Source: Octopus vulgaris (taxonomy: Eukaryota). From it: DNA of 64,000 bases. Position 1 is the stretch's first letter; each line of letters opens with the position of its first letter. The DNA lies in contig OX597829.1 of the NCBI GenBank assembly GCA_951406725.2, positions 27,280,001 to 27,344,000 on the forward strand, given 5' to 3'. The notes below the pieces were generated by a model. That model was given only the letters and a program-made list of their open reading frames with translations, ran no database searches and had not been told where the DNA came from. Made by a program: the position numbers and the translations under genes. Positions 25,390 to 39,520 of this stretch are shown piece after piece.

Positions 25390-26365
25390 TATTGATCGAA
25401 AAAGTATCTGTCGAAATGAACTACTGTATAAATACGTTTTGAACATTAATTTCGACGTAATTACAAATATTTCAGGTGGTAGACTTGATATCCCGCCAGG
25501 TTTAACACCACCAGCTGGTTGTCGGAGGCCTTTAGCCGGTCCCTTGGGCCACTTATTTGGTTTGACGATAGCTTTCTCTCTCCCACAAGTTTCGAAGGCT
25601 TATTTTGCTTTTGACTAAGAGATTTAAAAAATTCATGTTTACGTTTCTAAATTCGAAACTTGTTCTTTACTAAAATGCTTCAAATTATTTATGATAGTTT
25701 TGATTTTAAACCTCCTTAAAATCAGTGATGCTTTTCAATTTGTAAATTGTCGCCGGAATTAAATGCTGAAGTAGGATATAATACCACCAGGGCTTCCTAG
25801 TAAGGGGAAGTAACTGTGAATGCTTTTATGCTAAAAGACTGAAAACGGCTAAAAGCTGAAAATTTAGCTGTCAGATATGGTTCTAAAAACTTGAAAAATT
25901 TTTGCTTTGGCGAAAGAGACCACATTAAATATAAAATATATAAACAATGTTATTTAATAAATGTATAAATAGAAACAAAAAATAAACTATAAAAGATGCA
26001 ATAAAAACCTTGTAAAATAAGCAGGGTTATCTCCCCTGAAACCAACGTTTTTAAAAAAAAAAAAAATTTTTTTTAAAATTTGAATGAGAATCACTTATTT
26101 TCTGTAGTTTCCATAGTTTCAGTATTGTTAGCTTTTTAGACTTTAACATCGTCATATGGAGTACATGTTTTCTGACTGTACGAATAACTTCAGTTAATCG
26201 AAGTTTTTAAACTTTTTAACGCATACATGGAAACCCTTACTGCATTTCTATTCAATTCAATATTAGCCACGTATCTTTCGTCAACCCGATTGTTGACATT
26301 CATAACCAGCCTCATTAGTTCCAAACTATTTCTTTATATATATATATATACTGATCACTTTTAAG

Positions 26366-27787
26366 CACTGTAAACTGAGTATAATACGTTTCAGAACAGA
26401 GATCTAACAAGACCAAAAGCATGCTTTCACCAGTTGTCATAAAGCCTAACCAAGTTGACACTCACTCCATTTTGTAAACCTTCCATGTTTACAATCGGTT
26501 TTTTTTTAACAGAGTTATCTCCCTCCCCTCCTTTTAAAATTCTAGTAGCTACAGCATTGCGGAACGGATAAAATCAGTGGGTTTTATTATTTTTCTCCCC
26601 TAATTTCATAGATATTTTCAGTCGCTCAACAGCCTGCATAAATTGCATTAGAAATATCGACGAAAAACACATCGATAACATGAAATATTTATCTTCGGCA
26701 AGTGCCTTCTGCTATAGCCTCGGGTCGACCAAAACCTTTTGTGAGTGGATTTGGTAGAGCGAAAGTGGAAGAAGCCCATGGTGTGCGTGTGTGTGTGTGT
26801 GTGTGTTCTTCAGCATTGCTTGATAACTGCTTGTTAGTTTACATCCTTGTAATCTAGTGATTCGGCAATAGTCACTGAGAAAATAATTACCATGCTTAAA
26901 AAAAATAAATCAATTTGTTCTACTAAAACCTCTCAAGGCGGTGCCCCATTATGGTTGCGGTCAGATGACTGAAACAAGTAATTGATAATAATAATAATAG
27001 CACACACACAGAATGTAAATAAATAACAAGGTTGTCCTGGTTGATACCTGGGCATTCTTGTTATTTGTTTACATTCTGTTCACCTACCTTGGAGGTGTGT
27101 GGATTATACCGGACTGATCAAAGATTTGTAAGTGGATTTGGTAGACGAAAACGGAAAGAAGCCCGTTGTCTCGTAATTATATATAGAAGGTTGAAGAGGA
27201 ACATACGAGTTGAAAAAAAGTCAAGATAGAAAATGCTAAAATAATTTTATAAAAAACATTTCACTACCGGTTTCAGTCATTGAGACATTTTCAACAGTAA
27301 GTATTGGAAGACAATTAAATTTTGGAAAAAATTAAAAGAAAAGTTTTTTAAAAGAATATTTGCATAGTTTTCAAATACAAGTGGCATTTTCCTTGTTTCT
27401 GCCTGTTTCTCTGTCTCTTGTTTACTCTTGTGGGTTCTATGTCGTTGTGAATTCTTGGCAGGGAAGACGAAGAAGAAAAATTCTTCTTCTTCTTCTTCTT
27501 CTTCTTCTTCTTCTTCTTCTTCTTCTTCTTCTTCTTCTTCACCAAGAATTCACAACGACCTCGAACCCACATGAGTAAACAAGAGAGAGAGAGAAACAAG
27601 GAAAATGCCACTTGTATTTGAACACTATACAAATGTTGTTCATTTAAAAAACTTTTCTTTTAATTTTTCCAAAATTTAATTGTCTTCTATACTTACAGTT
27701 GAAAAAGTCTCAATGACTGGAACCGGTACTCAAATGTTTTTTATAAAATTATTTTAGCATTTTCTGTCTTGACTTTTTTCCCCCCAC

Positions 27788-27826
<39 letters not shown>

Positions 27827-28182
27827 CGTGCACATGTGTGTAGTAACTGCTTTCTCGTATACGAGCAAAGCCATTGTTAGAAAGAATCATTCAAATGATT
27901 CATAAATGATGCAATGTGAGACACCTGTGTGACTCTTGAGCTCGGCTAAAGATTTGCACATTCTATTGCATAATGCACAGCTGTGCTGGTTGGCAGAAGG
28001 AACAGGTGCCACAGTATGTGAGCGGATTTGGTAGTTTCACCTACAAAATGATTGTAAACACAGAAGGTTTACAAAATGGAGCACGAGTGTCAATTTCGGT
28101 TAGGTTTTATGACAACTAGTGACAGCATGTTTTGGTCTTGTTAGATCTCCGTTCTGAAGCATATTACACTCAGTGCACATTG
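26366..28182. repeat. Pair of ~130-bp inverted repeats (26366-26496 and 28050-28182)
   Basis: cagaacagagatctaacaagaccaaaagcatgc...ccattttgtaaaccttc is mirrored by gaaggtttacaaaatgg...gcatgttttggtcttgttagatctccgttctg. Confidence 0.85.
27212..27780. repeat. Large palindrome with ~265-bp arms centred on a (TTC)20 tract
   Basis: gaaaaaaagtcaagatagaaaatgctaaaataattttataaaaaacattt...gaagaagaa mirrors ttcttc...aaatgttttttataaaattattttagcattttctgtcttgacttttttc. Confidence 0.92.
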
Positions 28183-28386
28183 CTTCTGTGCGTGCGTGTG
28201 TTTGTGTTTGTCTGATCCCTTACCGCTTGACAACCGGTATTGGTTTGTTTACGTCCACGTTACATAGCGGTTCGGTAAAATGTATCGATAGAATGAGTAC
28301 CAGGTTTAAATAAAAACAAGTACTGGGATCAATTCAGTGTACTAAAGATTCTGCAAGGTGGTGTCCTGGCATGGCTGCAGTCAATT

Positions 28387-28566
28387 TGGCATGTTAAAGC
28401 ACCCACTACACTCTCGGAGTGGTTGACATTAGGAAGGGCAGCCAAATGTAGAAACCCTACCTGATCAGATTGGAGCCTGGTGCAGCCATCTGGTTCGCCA
28501 GTCCTCAGTCAAATCGTCCAACCCATGCAGCATGGAAAGCGGGCGTTAAACGATGATGATGATGAT
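28387..28566 (+). mobile_element. RTE LINE 3' end joined to a SINE A 3' half (28197-28385)
   Basis: aaagcacccactacactctcggagtgg...gttaaacgatgatgatg. Confidence 0.85.
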
Positions 28567-29235
28567 GTATGTATGTATGTATGTATGTATGTATGTATGT
28601 ATGTATGTATGTATGTATGCATGCATGATTTCTTTTGAACTTGTTACTTCTTGGAATATACATACATTCATGTATGCATGTATATATATTCCAAGGGGTG
28701 ACGAGTTCAAAAGAAGCTATGTCCAGTCATTTAGAAGAAAGATCTTAAAGATAAGTTTGAGCAGGGATTAAAAATGGTCGGACAAAATGTATTTTATAGG
28801 AAAAACGATTATGGAATTTTATATATATACACACACACACATGTAGGTCTTTCGCACATTCTAACTTCTGAAGTAGTTGTACGCCGCGGAAACTCGAGTA
28901 AAACAGGCTTCTGTACCAGCATAGATAAACCACACACATACACACTGACGAAAGCTTGCACACACACACATACACACACATGCACAGCGTGTGATGAAGC
29001 TGAGTGGACTGTCAAGTTTTGCTCTAATAAACCTATCTTTCCACTAATTGTCTTTAGTCGTATATTAAATATTTGCTCTATGTAAAATATATTGTTGATA
29101 TATATTTTTTTAACTCTATTTTTCCATGTGTGTGTGTATGTATATATATATATTGTTATACTTTTGCCAACACGCACTATTTAATCTTATCTAGCCTTAT
29201 TATTTATGCGCGCGCACACACACACACACACGTGT

Positions 29236-29735
29236 TGGGCTGTGTGTAAGAGGTTTCTTTTCTAAACACATGGTTCCGGGGTTTAGTCCTACAGCGTGGC
29301 ACCTTGGGCAAGTGTCTTCTACTATAACCCTGAGTCGACCAAAACCTTGTGAGTGGATTTGGTTGACGAAAATTTTATGGAAGCCCCGTTGTATATATAT
29401 TTGCGTGTCTTTGTACCTATGTTTGTTTCCCACCACCTCTTGACAACTGGTGATGGTGTGTTTACTATTTCTTTACTACCCACAAGGGGCTAAACACAGA
29501 GGGGACAAACGGATTAAGTCAATTATATTGACCCCAGTGCGTAACTGGTACTTATTTAATCGACCCCGAAAGGATGAAAGGCAGTGATGGTGTGTTTACA
29601 TCCTCGTAACCTAGCGGTTCGGCAAAAGAACCCGATAGAATAAGTATCAGGTTTTAGAAAAGTATTACATCGACTAATTAGTACATTCTCAAGGCTCTGC
29701 CTCAGCATGACCGCAGTCAGATGAATAAAATAAAA
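29236..29735 (+). mobile_element. SINE family A with a nested antisense SINE B 3' fragment (~29466-29582)
   Basis: SINE A head and tail motifs interrupted by the SINE B fragment; gtgatggtgtgtttac is duplicated on both sides of the insert. Confidence 0.8.
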
Positions 29736-29736
29736 G

Positions 29737-29772
<36 letters not shown>

Positions 29773-29892
29773 ATATATAACGAATACATACATATACATT
29801 TCCATAAAATATATCTGTATCTCTCTCTGTCTGTCTCTATGTATTTATCTAACTACATGATATACATACATACATGTATGCATACATGTATG

Positions 29893-29951
<59 letters not shown>

Positions 29952-30685
29952 GTCACAAAAAGTGATTAAGTGACAAATTTCTTGCCTTTAGGTTGTAAAA
30001 TAGCGATATTATATATATATTCGCACGTGTATGTATGTATGTATGTATGTATGTATGTATGTATGTATGTATGTATGTATGTATGATGTATGTATGTATG
30101 TATGTATGTATGCATGTATGTATGTATGTGTGTGTGTGTGTATGTGTGTGTGTGTGTGTACGTATGTATGTAAGTATCTATTGGTTTTAATGTTACAAAC
30201 AGAAAATTGCTCAATGTTTCATTTCTGATTCGGCATAACACAAATTTAAGTCGTGTGTCTGCTGTTCCGTTTCTACTCGTTTTTAGCTCTGATCCCGCAG
30301 GACCTTTCATCAAAGCCGTTCAACCATGACTGCTCACCCTCCTCTCCCGTCTTACATTCATGCATAGGTATATTCAGGACTACCTTATCCCATGTGTCCC
30401 ACCTTTTTAGACGGTAGGGTGTATTTTGGAGCAGATTTCGTTGTTATTCCTAGTTGCTTGAGCGACATGTAGGGGCATGGTTGTCGGTTAATTTGCATTA
30501 TAATATACACGAATGCATGTAATATCTTTAAACATGTAAATCTATATAAATATTAACTAACAAAATTGTATTGCTAAAGAGGATAGTAATGCACACACAC
30601 GTGTATATATATAATATACAAAATAAGAAAATGGAGAAACACATCTTAATCAATGATCAACTACCAGATAATACATCCATACATC

Positions 30686-30753
<68 letters not shown>

Positions 30754-32118
30754 ATACATACATGTATATATATATATATATATCTGTGTGTATATGTGTA
30801 TACGCACATATATTGTTTAAAAAATATAACTCGTTTATTGTATCATATATATATATAATACATACATATATTGTTTGTGTGTGTGTGTACGTACGGACAT
30901 TGTCTTGGTAAATATATAACACATTATCAGTAAACTCACGGGCCTTGAGTTACTCTGTTATTTCTGCTAAATAATTATAACGTGTGTGTGTGTGTGTATA
31001 GCTGTGTATAGCAACCTTTATCAATTAAGCATATTTCTTACTCAACGGAAATAAAACAGATGAATAATTTCTATATCTTTGTAAGGTACCTTTTGCTTCT
31101 GTGTACCGACAGAATCATTGAATTCGGTGTTTCTATTCTCCCTGAATTTTTTTTAATCAGTAGGCTTATTTATGTGTGTGTCTGCGTGTGTGTGTTTGTG
31201 TGTATAATATATGCCCAGACTTACAGTGGATGAGAAACGACAGCCTGACAGTTTCCATATTCGTGTGAAATACTGCCACGAAACTAGTAAACGTGTGTAT
31301 ACGGGCGAACAAGAAATCGCATTATCGCATTCATCGTTCGAGTCAATGCGAAAGTTTTAATGTGCGATAAAGCTTGGCTCCCTCAGCCTTGAAAATAAAA
31401 ATACCAAGTCGAGGTTGATAGACAGACGGCATTCAGCGCAGAATCAAAATATGAATAAGCTTTTAAGAACCACTCCTAAACCAATGCATTTTTCTTTTAG
31501 CTATACAAACATCATAAATATTTATTTCGTTTATGATAAATATAACAGAACTTGGTTTTTAATAGTTGCACGCGTGCTTCCTATTTTATCATTCTAAAAT
31601 TAAATACTTTACCACTACCTTTGTTTCAACCATCACCGTCGCCTTCGTAATCATGATGATGATGATGATGCATTGTCATCATCATCATCATCATCATCAT
31701 CGACGTCTGCGTCGGCTTCGTCGTCAGATATATCTTTTGTTATCAATTAATAAATTATATTTGGTTAAGCGTTTCGGTGATAGATTACTTAAACGTTGGT
31801 GAGACATTTTCTACGAAATTTTCGCGGAAGAGAAAACTGAAAAATATGAAAGTACACGTTTTTAAAGGTGTTTCATAAATACCAAGATGGCTACAGTAAA
31901 AACAGAAGGAACTCCCTCCCCCACAAAAAAAAAAGAAAAAACAAAAAACGAAAAAAAAAATGGCGGCGACATTCGCAAGGAAAAGATATAAAGGTGATAA
32001 TAAGTAGGTTGTGTGTGTGTGTGTGTGTATGTACGCATACATTTATATTTATATATATATAAATATATAAATACACACATATATACACGCACATACTCCA
32101 TTCCCCCTCTCTCTCTCG

Positions 32119-32155
<37 letters not shown>

Positions 32156-32158
<3 letters not shown>

Positions 32159-32356
32159 TTTACTTGTTTTGGTCATTTGACTTCGGTTATGCTGGGGCGC
32201 CGTCTTGAAGGGTTTTAGTCTAACCAATCGACCCCAGGACTTTTTTTAAAGCCTAGTACTTATTCTATCGGTCTTATGCTGAACCGCTAAGTTACGGGGA
32301 AAAAACACCAACACCAGTTGTCAAGCGATGGTGGAGGACAAACAGACACGACACAT

Positions 32357-32398
<42 letters not shown>

Positions 32399-32435
32399 GC
32401 AATAGGCTTCTTTCAGTTTTTATCTATTAAATCCA
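32156..32435 (-). mobile_element. SINE family A, partial
   Basis: cttttacttgttt.ggtcatttgact...ggcttctttcagttt. Confidence 0.8.
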
Positions 32436-32777
32436 ATCAATACTCACACACACACACACACACCTATCGTGAGTGCGTATGGGTTCGAGTGTTGCCCTCA
32501 CAATCACAATATCGTGGTTTCGATTCCCAGACCGGCGATGTCTTATGTTCTTGAGCGAAAACACTTCATTTTTTTTTTACCTTGGTCCAGTCTACTCAGC
32601 GGTAAATGGATAAACCCCCGCGACTAAACCGGTGGGCTGGCATCATTTAGAAGCTTGAATAATGCGGGGTAGTTAGTGTATAACAATATCCGACAGACAG
32701 ATCAGTGCTCTAATCGAAGAAGTGAGATATGTGTGTATGTATCCATATGTCTAAGTAAACATATATATATATATATA

Positions 32778-32999
32778 TGAGGGGGGTACTGAAAAGTTCC
32801 TGGTTTTGGGTAAAAGAAAATAGAGGAGATTCAGTCGATTATGATTTTATTTAACATTATCCCCTTCTCAAATTTACATACTTATTGCATCGGTCCTTTA
32901 ATTTTTCTAAGCCCTACAAAAGAACTTGGAAGGTCGAGCTTCCAACCACCAGGCCTTTCACGACATCCTTGAAGCTAGGAACTTTTCAACACCCCTTCG
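32778..32999. mobile_element. Mariner-derived MITE inserted at TA
   Basis: TIRs GAGGGGGGTACTGAAAAGTTCCTGG / CTAGGAACTTTTCAACACCCCTTCG with TA on both sides. Confidence 0.85.
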
Positions 33000-33030
<31 letters not shown>

Positions 33031-33247
33031 GCATGAATATATATGTGCATATATACATACACGTGTTTGCATGTATACACACGGGTGCAAACACACACGT
33101 GCGACTTTGATAAAAAGCTCGCTTCGCTGTGGCCCCACTCCGGCACCATTTGTATTGCACCTTGAGCAGCTGTCCTCACCTGTTATTCTTAGTTGACCAA
33201 CATTATTATTGTGATTGGAGTTTTAGAGACCCCACGGCCCCATATAT

Positions 33248-33441
33248 ATTCTTTTATTCTTTGATTTGTTTCAGGTATGCTGGAGCACCACCTTTAGTCG
33301 AACAAATCGAGCCAGGACTGATTCTTTGTAAGCCTAGTACTTATTCTATCAGTCTTTATTGCCGAACCACTAAGCTATGGGAACGTAAACACCCCAGCTT
33401 CGGGTTGTCAATCGATGATGGGAGGACAAACAGACACAAAT

Positions 33442-33484
<43 letters not shown>

Positions 33485-33610
33485 CACGACAGGCTTCTTT
33501 CAGTTTCCGTCTACCAAATCTACTCACAAGGCTTTGGGCAGCCCGAGGCTATAAGTAGAAGATAGATGCCCAAAATGCCACGCAAGCTTCTTACCACACA
33601 GCCACTCCTA
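33248..33610 (-). mobile_element. SINE family A
   Basis: Family A head and tail motifs in reverse orientation. Confidence 0.8.
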
Positions 33611-33826
33611 ATGGGCGCCGAAATCCACAGATTTGAATAAAGAACCTCGTGAATTCCATTTTATGTCTCTTATCTATTTATATAAACTTTACCAAGGACA
33701 CCAAGGAATTCCTGATGTATACCCGGTAGCATATGGATCCCTTGTGTTGTTGACATCAGGTGCCCAATAACTGTGGACGTGCTTTACACAATATTCTACA
33801 AGTTTTCTACCCGGGTATAATTTAAC

Positions 33827-33864
<38 letters not shown>

Positions 33865-33882
33865 CGCGTATGTGCCTGCGTG

Positions 33883-34441
<559 letters not shown>

Positions 34442-34844
34442 TTATTTAGATATTCGTGCATATATCGAAAATGTCCAATCAAATTCAATTAGATATGTTA
34501 AATCATTTTTTTTTGGGGGGGGGGGCTATCATTGATGAGGAAATGGAAAATCATCAACGTGTACGGGAAAATGATTATTTGTACGCTATATATACGTAGT
34601 GTATTATTTATACGTGTCTGTGTATACGCGCTCCTATGTATCTGTGTGTATACATATATGTGTGTCGGTTAATATGTGCGTTTGTATTGTATGTGAGAGA
34701 GAGAGGTGGGGGTGCAGTTACGTGGATGTATTATTTGTTTGTGAAAATATATACTAAGCAACAAGATGGCGAAAATTAGCAAAAAAAATAATAATCGAGA
34801 ATTAAAAGCCGATTAGTGTCAAACACAGAAAGTAGTATCAGTTG

Positions 34845-34886
<42 letters not shown>

Positions 34887-35182
34887 GCGGGTATTGTTTT
34901 AAATAATTTAGTTCATTTTGTTTTTTTTTGTATAGTATATGTAAAGTTTTTTTCTCTTTTTGAAGTTCATTTTCCCTATTCCGTACATATTGTATATACA
35001 ATGTACATACAACAGCCAAACAAATTTTATCATTCATATCTATATGATCTTCCAATATATGCATGCATATGTATATATGTATGTATTTACAAATGTATGC
35101 ATACAGAAAAAAAAAACACACGCATGTAACATATGGAGTATTTGTGTGTGTGTGTGTGTGCGCGTGCGCGCTCGTGTATGTA

Positions 35183-35214
<32 letters not shown>

Positions 35215-35345
35215 GATAGATAGACAGATAGATAGATAGATATCAATTTCTAGTATTTTCGACTCCTGATAGTGTCACGGCACGTTTTATCTTTCAAAAT
35301 ATTGTTTGGCACATTAAGCTCAGCTATTACAACTACCTCCTCATG

Positions 35346-35417
<72 letters not shown>

Positions 35418-35557
35418 AATGTACAAAAGAGACAAAACCCATACAAAATGAATAACTTGAATAAACAGTGTCAGACTTTGAATTGAAATTATGCGTGACT
35501 GCATTTAGATATGGTTTAATGTGTTATTTTCTTTAATTTGGCGATTAACCTCACTCA

Positions 35558-35595
<38 letters not shown>

Positions 35596-35596
<1 letters not shown>

Positions 35597-35808
35597 CCTT
35601 TCTACTAAAGGCACAAGGCCTGAAATTTGGTGGGAGGGAGCCAGTCGATTAGATCGACCCCAGTGCACAACTGCTACTTAATTTATCGACCCCGAAAGGA
35701 TGAAAGGCAAAGTCGACCTCGGCGGAATTTGAACTCAGAACGTAAAGACAGACGAAATACCGCTAAGCATTTCGTCCGGCGCGCTAACGTTTCTGCCAGC
35801 TCGCCGCC
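35596..35808 (-). mobile_element. SINE family B, full length and CpG-rich
   Basis: Reverse complement of ggcggcgagctggcagaaacgttagcgcgccggacgaaatgc...gtgcctttagtagaaagga. Confidence 0.92.
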
Positions 35809-36097
35809 TAACACGGGCCATATATAAGCAAGTTATCTTGGTGTACGCCTGCCTACACATGAATTTTGTTTTTTCATTGTTTTTTTGTTTGTTTTGTTTA
35901 GCTCTCCTTTTCACTGGGTTGTTATAAATTCAGTATGCTAAATTCTATGTATCTTTATAGAAATTACCAGAATACTAGCTTGCATACATAAATACACACA
36001 CACACACACACAAAATATATGTACATTTACATATGCGTATGCACATATACGTATGTATGTATGTATTGTTTATACACATGTATGCTTACATAGTCGT

Positions 36098-36181
<84 letters not shown>

Positions 36182-36406
36182 CTTATATATTTTACTTTCC
36201 ACTCATCGAACTGCGGCCATGGTGGGGCAGGGTATTAAAGTATTTTAGTCAAACATGCTTGTACTTACATTTTCAAAGACATATTGGTCTCTTCTGCCAA
36301 ACTGCTAGCTTATTAATTAGATCGTAAAGGAACCAACAGCGGTTGTCAAACGGTGTTGGGGACAAACACAAAGACATACACATACTTACATGCAGTAATG
36401 CAGCCT

Positions 36407-36456
<50 letters not shown>

Positions 36457-36654
36457 CGTCAGTAGTTCTTATTATATACGAAAAAGAAGCACACTCTTAA
36501 GAGATTAGAGCACGACTTTGCCTTTCATTCTCTCGGGGTCGATAAATTAAGTACCCTGTTACGCACTGGGGTCGATGTAATCGATTTAATCCCTTTGTCT
36601 GTCCTTGTTTGTCCCCTCTGTGTTTAGCCCTCCTGTGGGCAATAAAGAAATAAC

Positions 36655-36847
36655 TCTTTACTCTTTTACTTGTTTCAGTCATTTGACTGCGGCCATGCTG
36701 GAGCACCGTCTTTAGTCGAGCAAATCGACCCCGGGGCTTATTCTATGTAAGCCCAGTACTTATTCTATCGGTCTCTTTTGCCGAACCGCTAGGTAACGGG
36801 GACGTAAACACACCAGCATCGGTTGTCAAGCAATGCTAGGTGTACAA

Positions 36848-36920
<73 letters not shown>

Positions 36921-37055
36921 TACGACAGGCTTCTTTCAGTTTCCGTCTACCAAATCCACTCACAAGGCATTGGTCGGCCCGGGGCTATAGCAGAAGACAC
37001 TTGCCCAAGATGCCACGCAGTGGGACTGAACCCGGAACCATATGGTTGGTTAGTA
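36655..37055 (-). mobile_element. SINE family A (young subfamily), preceded by a SINE B fragment at ~36512-36652
   Basis: Near-identical to 37936-38357, 39095-39520 and 63274-63676. Confidence 0.9.
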
Positions 37056-37277
37056 AATATATTTTTTAGGAAGTTGATTGTTATGGCTAGACAGAGAGTG
37101 ACCATTGGAAAACGGTTAGCCTCACAGGCGACTCCTCAGATTCAAATTTAAATTTGGTCATCGTGGGACTAGGGCAGAAGACGGCTGCCCAAGATGCCGC
37201 ACAATGAGACTGAACCCGAAACTGCGTGGTTACGAAGTGAATTCCTTAACTACAGAGACATTTCTGCGCCTACAACA

Positions 37278-37398
37278 CACAAACACACACACACATAGGT
37301 GCAGGTGTGGGTGTGTTGTAAGAAGCTTCTTCCTAACCACAGGGTTCGGGTTTAGCCTTCTGAGAGGATTTAATAGACGGAAACTGAAAGAAGCCCAT

Positions 37399-37462
<64 letters not shown>

Positions 37463-37740
37463 GGTCCCGGGTTGAGTCGGGGTTAACCACAGTTAATAAG
37501 GTACTCAATACATAGCAGAGTAAATTAATTTATTTTATAGAAGGAGCTTCTACAGGACTAGAACTGTTTCATTCAAATGAAATCTTCAGGAATGAAACAG
37601 TTCTAGTCCTGTAGATATATACAAATTGAGATAGGGGTTGTACAAAGAATAAGTCCTGGGGTCGATTTGTTTGACTAAAACACCCATAAGGTGGTGCTCC
37701 ACAGCATGGCCGCACCCAAATGACCGAAACAAGTAAAAGA
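37278..37740 (+). mobile_element. SINE family A carrying a hammerhead/foldback insert (~37459-37640) in its (TA)n linker
   Basis: SINE head 37278-37400, (TA)n, unique insert, then SINE tail 37641-37740. Confidence 0.75.
37548..37592 (-). ncRNA. Hammerhead ribozyme-like motif with intact core and short stem I
   Basis: Minus strand TTC-CTGAAGA-tTTCatttGAAt-GAAA-CAG-ttctagtc-CTG-TA-GAA; core intact, but stem II is weak and stem I has only 3 bp. Confidence 0.5.
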
Positions 37741-37743
37741 ATA

Positions 37744-37798
<55 letters not shown>

Positions 37799-37935
37799 GT
37801 ACGCAAACTATTTTTTGTGAAGTTCTATGTATAATTAATTTAATATTATCTAACTTCAATTAAAAATAACTATATATATATATGCACATACACACACACA
37901 CACATATATATATGTACATATCTATCTATATATAT

Positions 37936-38123
37936 ACTCTTTTTACTCTTTTACTTGTTTCAGTCATTTGACTGCGGCCATGCTGGAGCACCACCTTTAG
38001 TCGAGCAAATCGACCCCGGGACTTATTCATCGGTCTCTTTTGCCGAACCGCTAAGTGACGGGGACGTAAACACACCAGCATCGGTTGTCAAGCAATGCTA
38101 GGGGACACACACAAACACACACA

Positions 38124-38187
<64 letters not shown>

Positions 38188-38356
38188 CACACACGACAGG
38201 CTTCTTTCAGTTTCCGTCTACCAAATCCACTCACAAGGCATTGGTCGGCCCGGGGCTATAGCAGAAGACACTTGCCCAAGATGCCACGCAGTGGGACTGA
38301 ACCTGGAACCATGTGGTTGGTTAGCAAACTACTTACCACACAGCCACTCCTGCGCC

Positions 38357-38357
<1 letters not shown>
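37936..38357 (-). mobile_element. SINE family A (young subfamily)
   Basis: Full head to tail in reverse orientation. Confidence 0.92.
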
Positions 38358-38409
<52 letters not shown>

Positions 38410-38502
38410 ACATATATGTACACATACATATATGTCTTTATCTATCTATCTATCTATCTATATATATATATGTATATATATGTATATATATATATATGTA
38501 TA

Positions 38503-38566
<64 letters not shown>

Positions 38567-39094
38567 CATACGTGTGTGTGTAAGAAAAAGTTAAATGTTT
38601 CTTTCGCCGGTGGTTGGATTCGGCAACGCAAGGTTGTCTGTCATACAGAGAGAGAGGCTAACGTAGCTGCAAGGGAAAAAGAAATGATCAACTTGTTTCA
38701 GACAGAACAAATACACCCCGTCCTCACACACACACACACACACACACACATCTTAAGATTTGAAGGAGGATGGTTAAAACAAAATACTTTCCTTCGCAAC
38801 CTTGCTACCGAGTAGGTGGCCGTTTTAAATTTACACTAAAATCAAAAAGATCATGCACACACACACACACGCGTATGTGTATGTGTGTATATAATGTTAA
38901 AATTATTTCACGTAAGTGAAGAGATACAGAGACAAAAAACAAAAACAAAAAAATGGAAATGGAAGAAAATGTTTTTTCTTATATTGCATTGCAGTTAATT
39001 ATTGCAAAGTATTTTAATTACAGTGAAGTCATTTGAAAACACAACAAATATGCATTGAAAGATAGATTATCACAAATTATTTCAAAACACATTA

Positions 39095-39520
39095 CTCTTT
39101 TACTCTTTTATTCTTTTACTTGTTTCAGTCATTTGACTGCGGCCATGCTGGAGCACCGCCTTTAGTCGAGCAAATCGACCCCGGGACTTATTCTTTTGAA
39201 AGCCCAGTACTTATTCTATCGGTCTCTTTTGCCGAACCGCTAAGTGACGGGGACGTAAACACACCAGCATCGGTTGTCAAGCAATGCTAGGGGGACAAAC
39301 TCAGACACACAAACACACACGCACACACACATATATATATATATATACACATATATACGACAGGCTTCTTTCAGTTTCCGTCTACCAAATCCACTCACAA
39401 GGCATTGGTCGGCCCGGGGCTATAGCAGAAGACACTTGCCCAAGATGCCACGCAGTGGGACTGAACCCGGAACCATGTGGTTGGTTAGCAACCTACCTAC
39501 CACACAGCCACTCCTGCGCC
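39095..39520 (-). mobile_element. SINE family A (young subfamily)
   Basis: Full length with a (CTCTTTTA)n tail. Confidence 0.92.
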
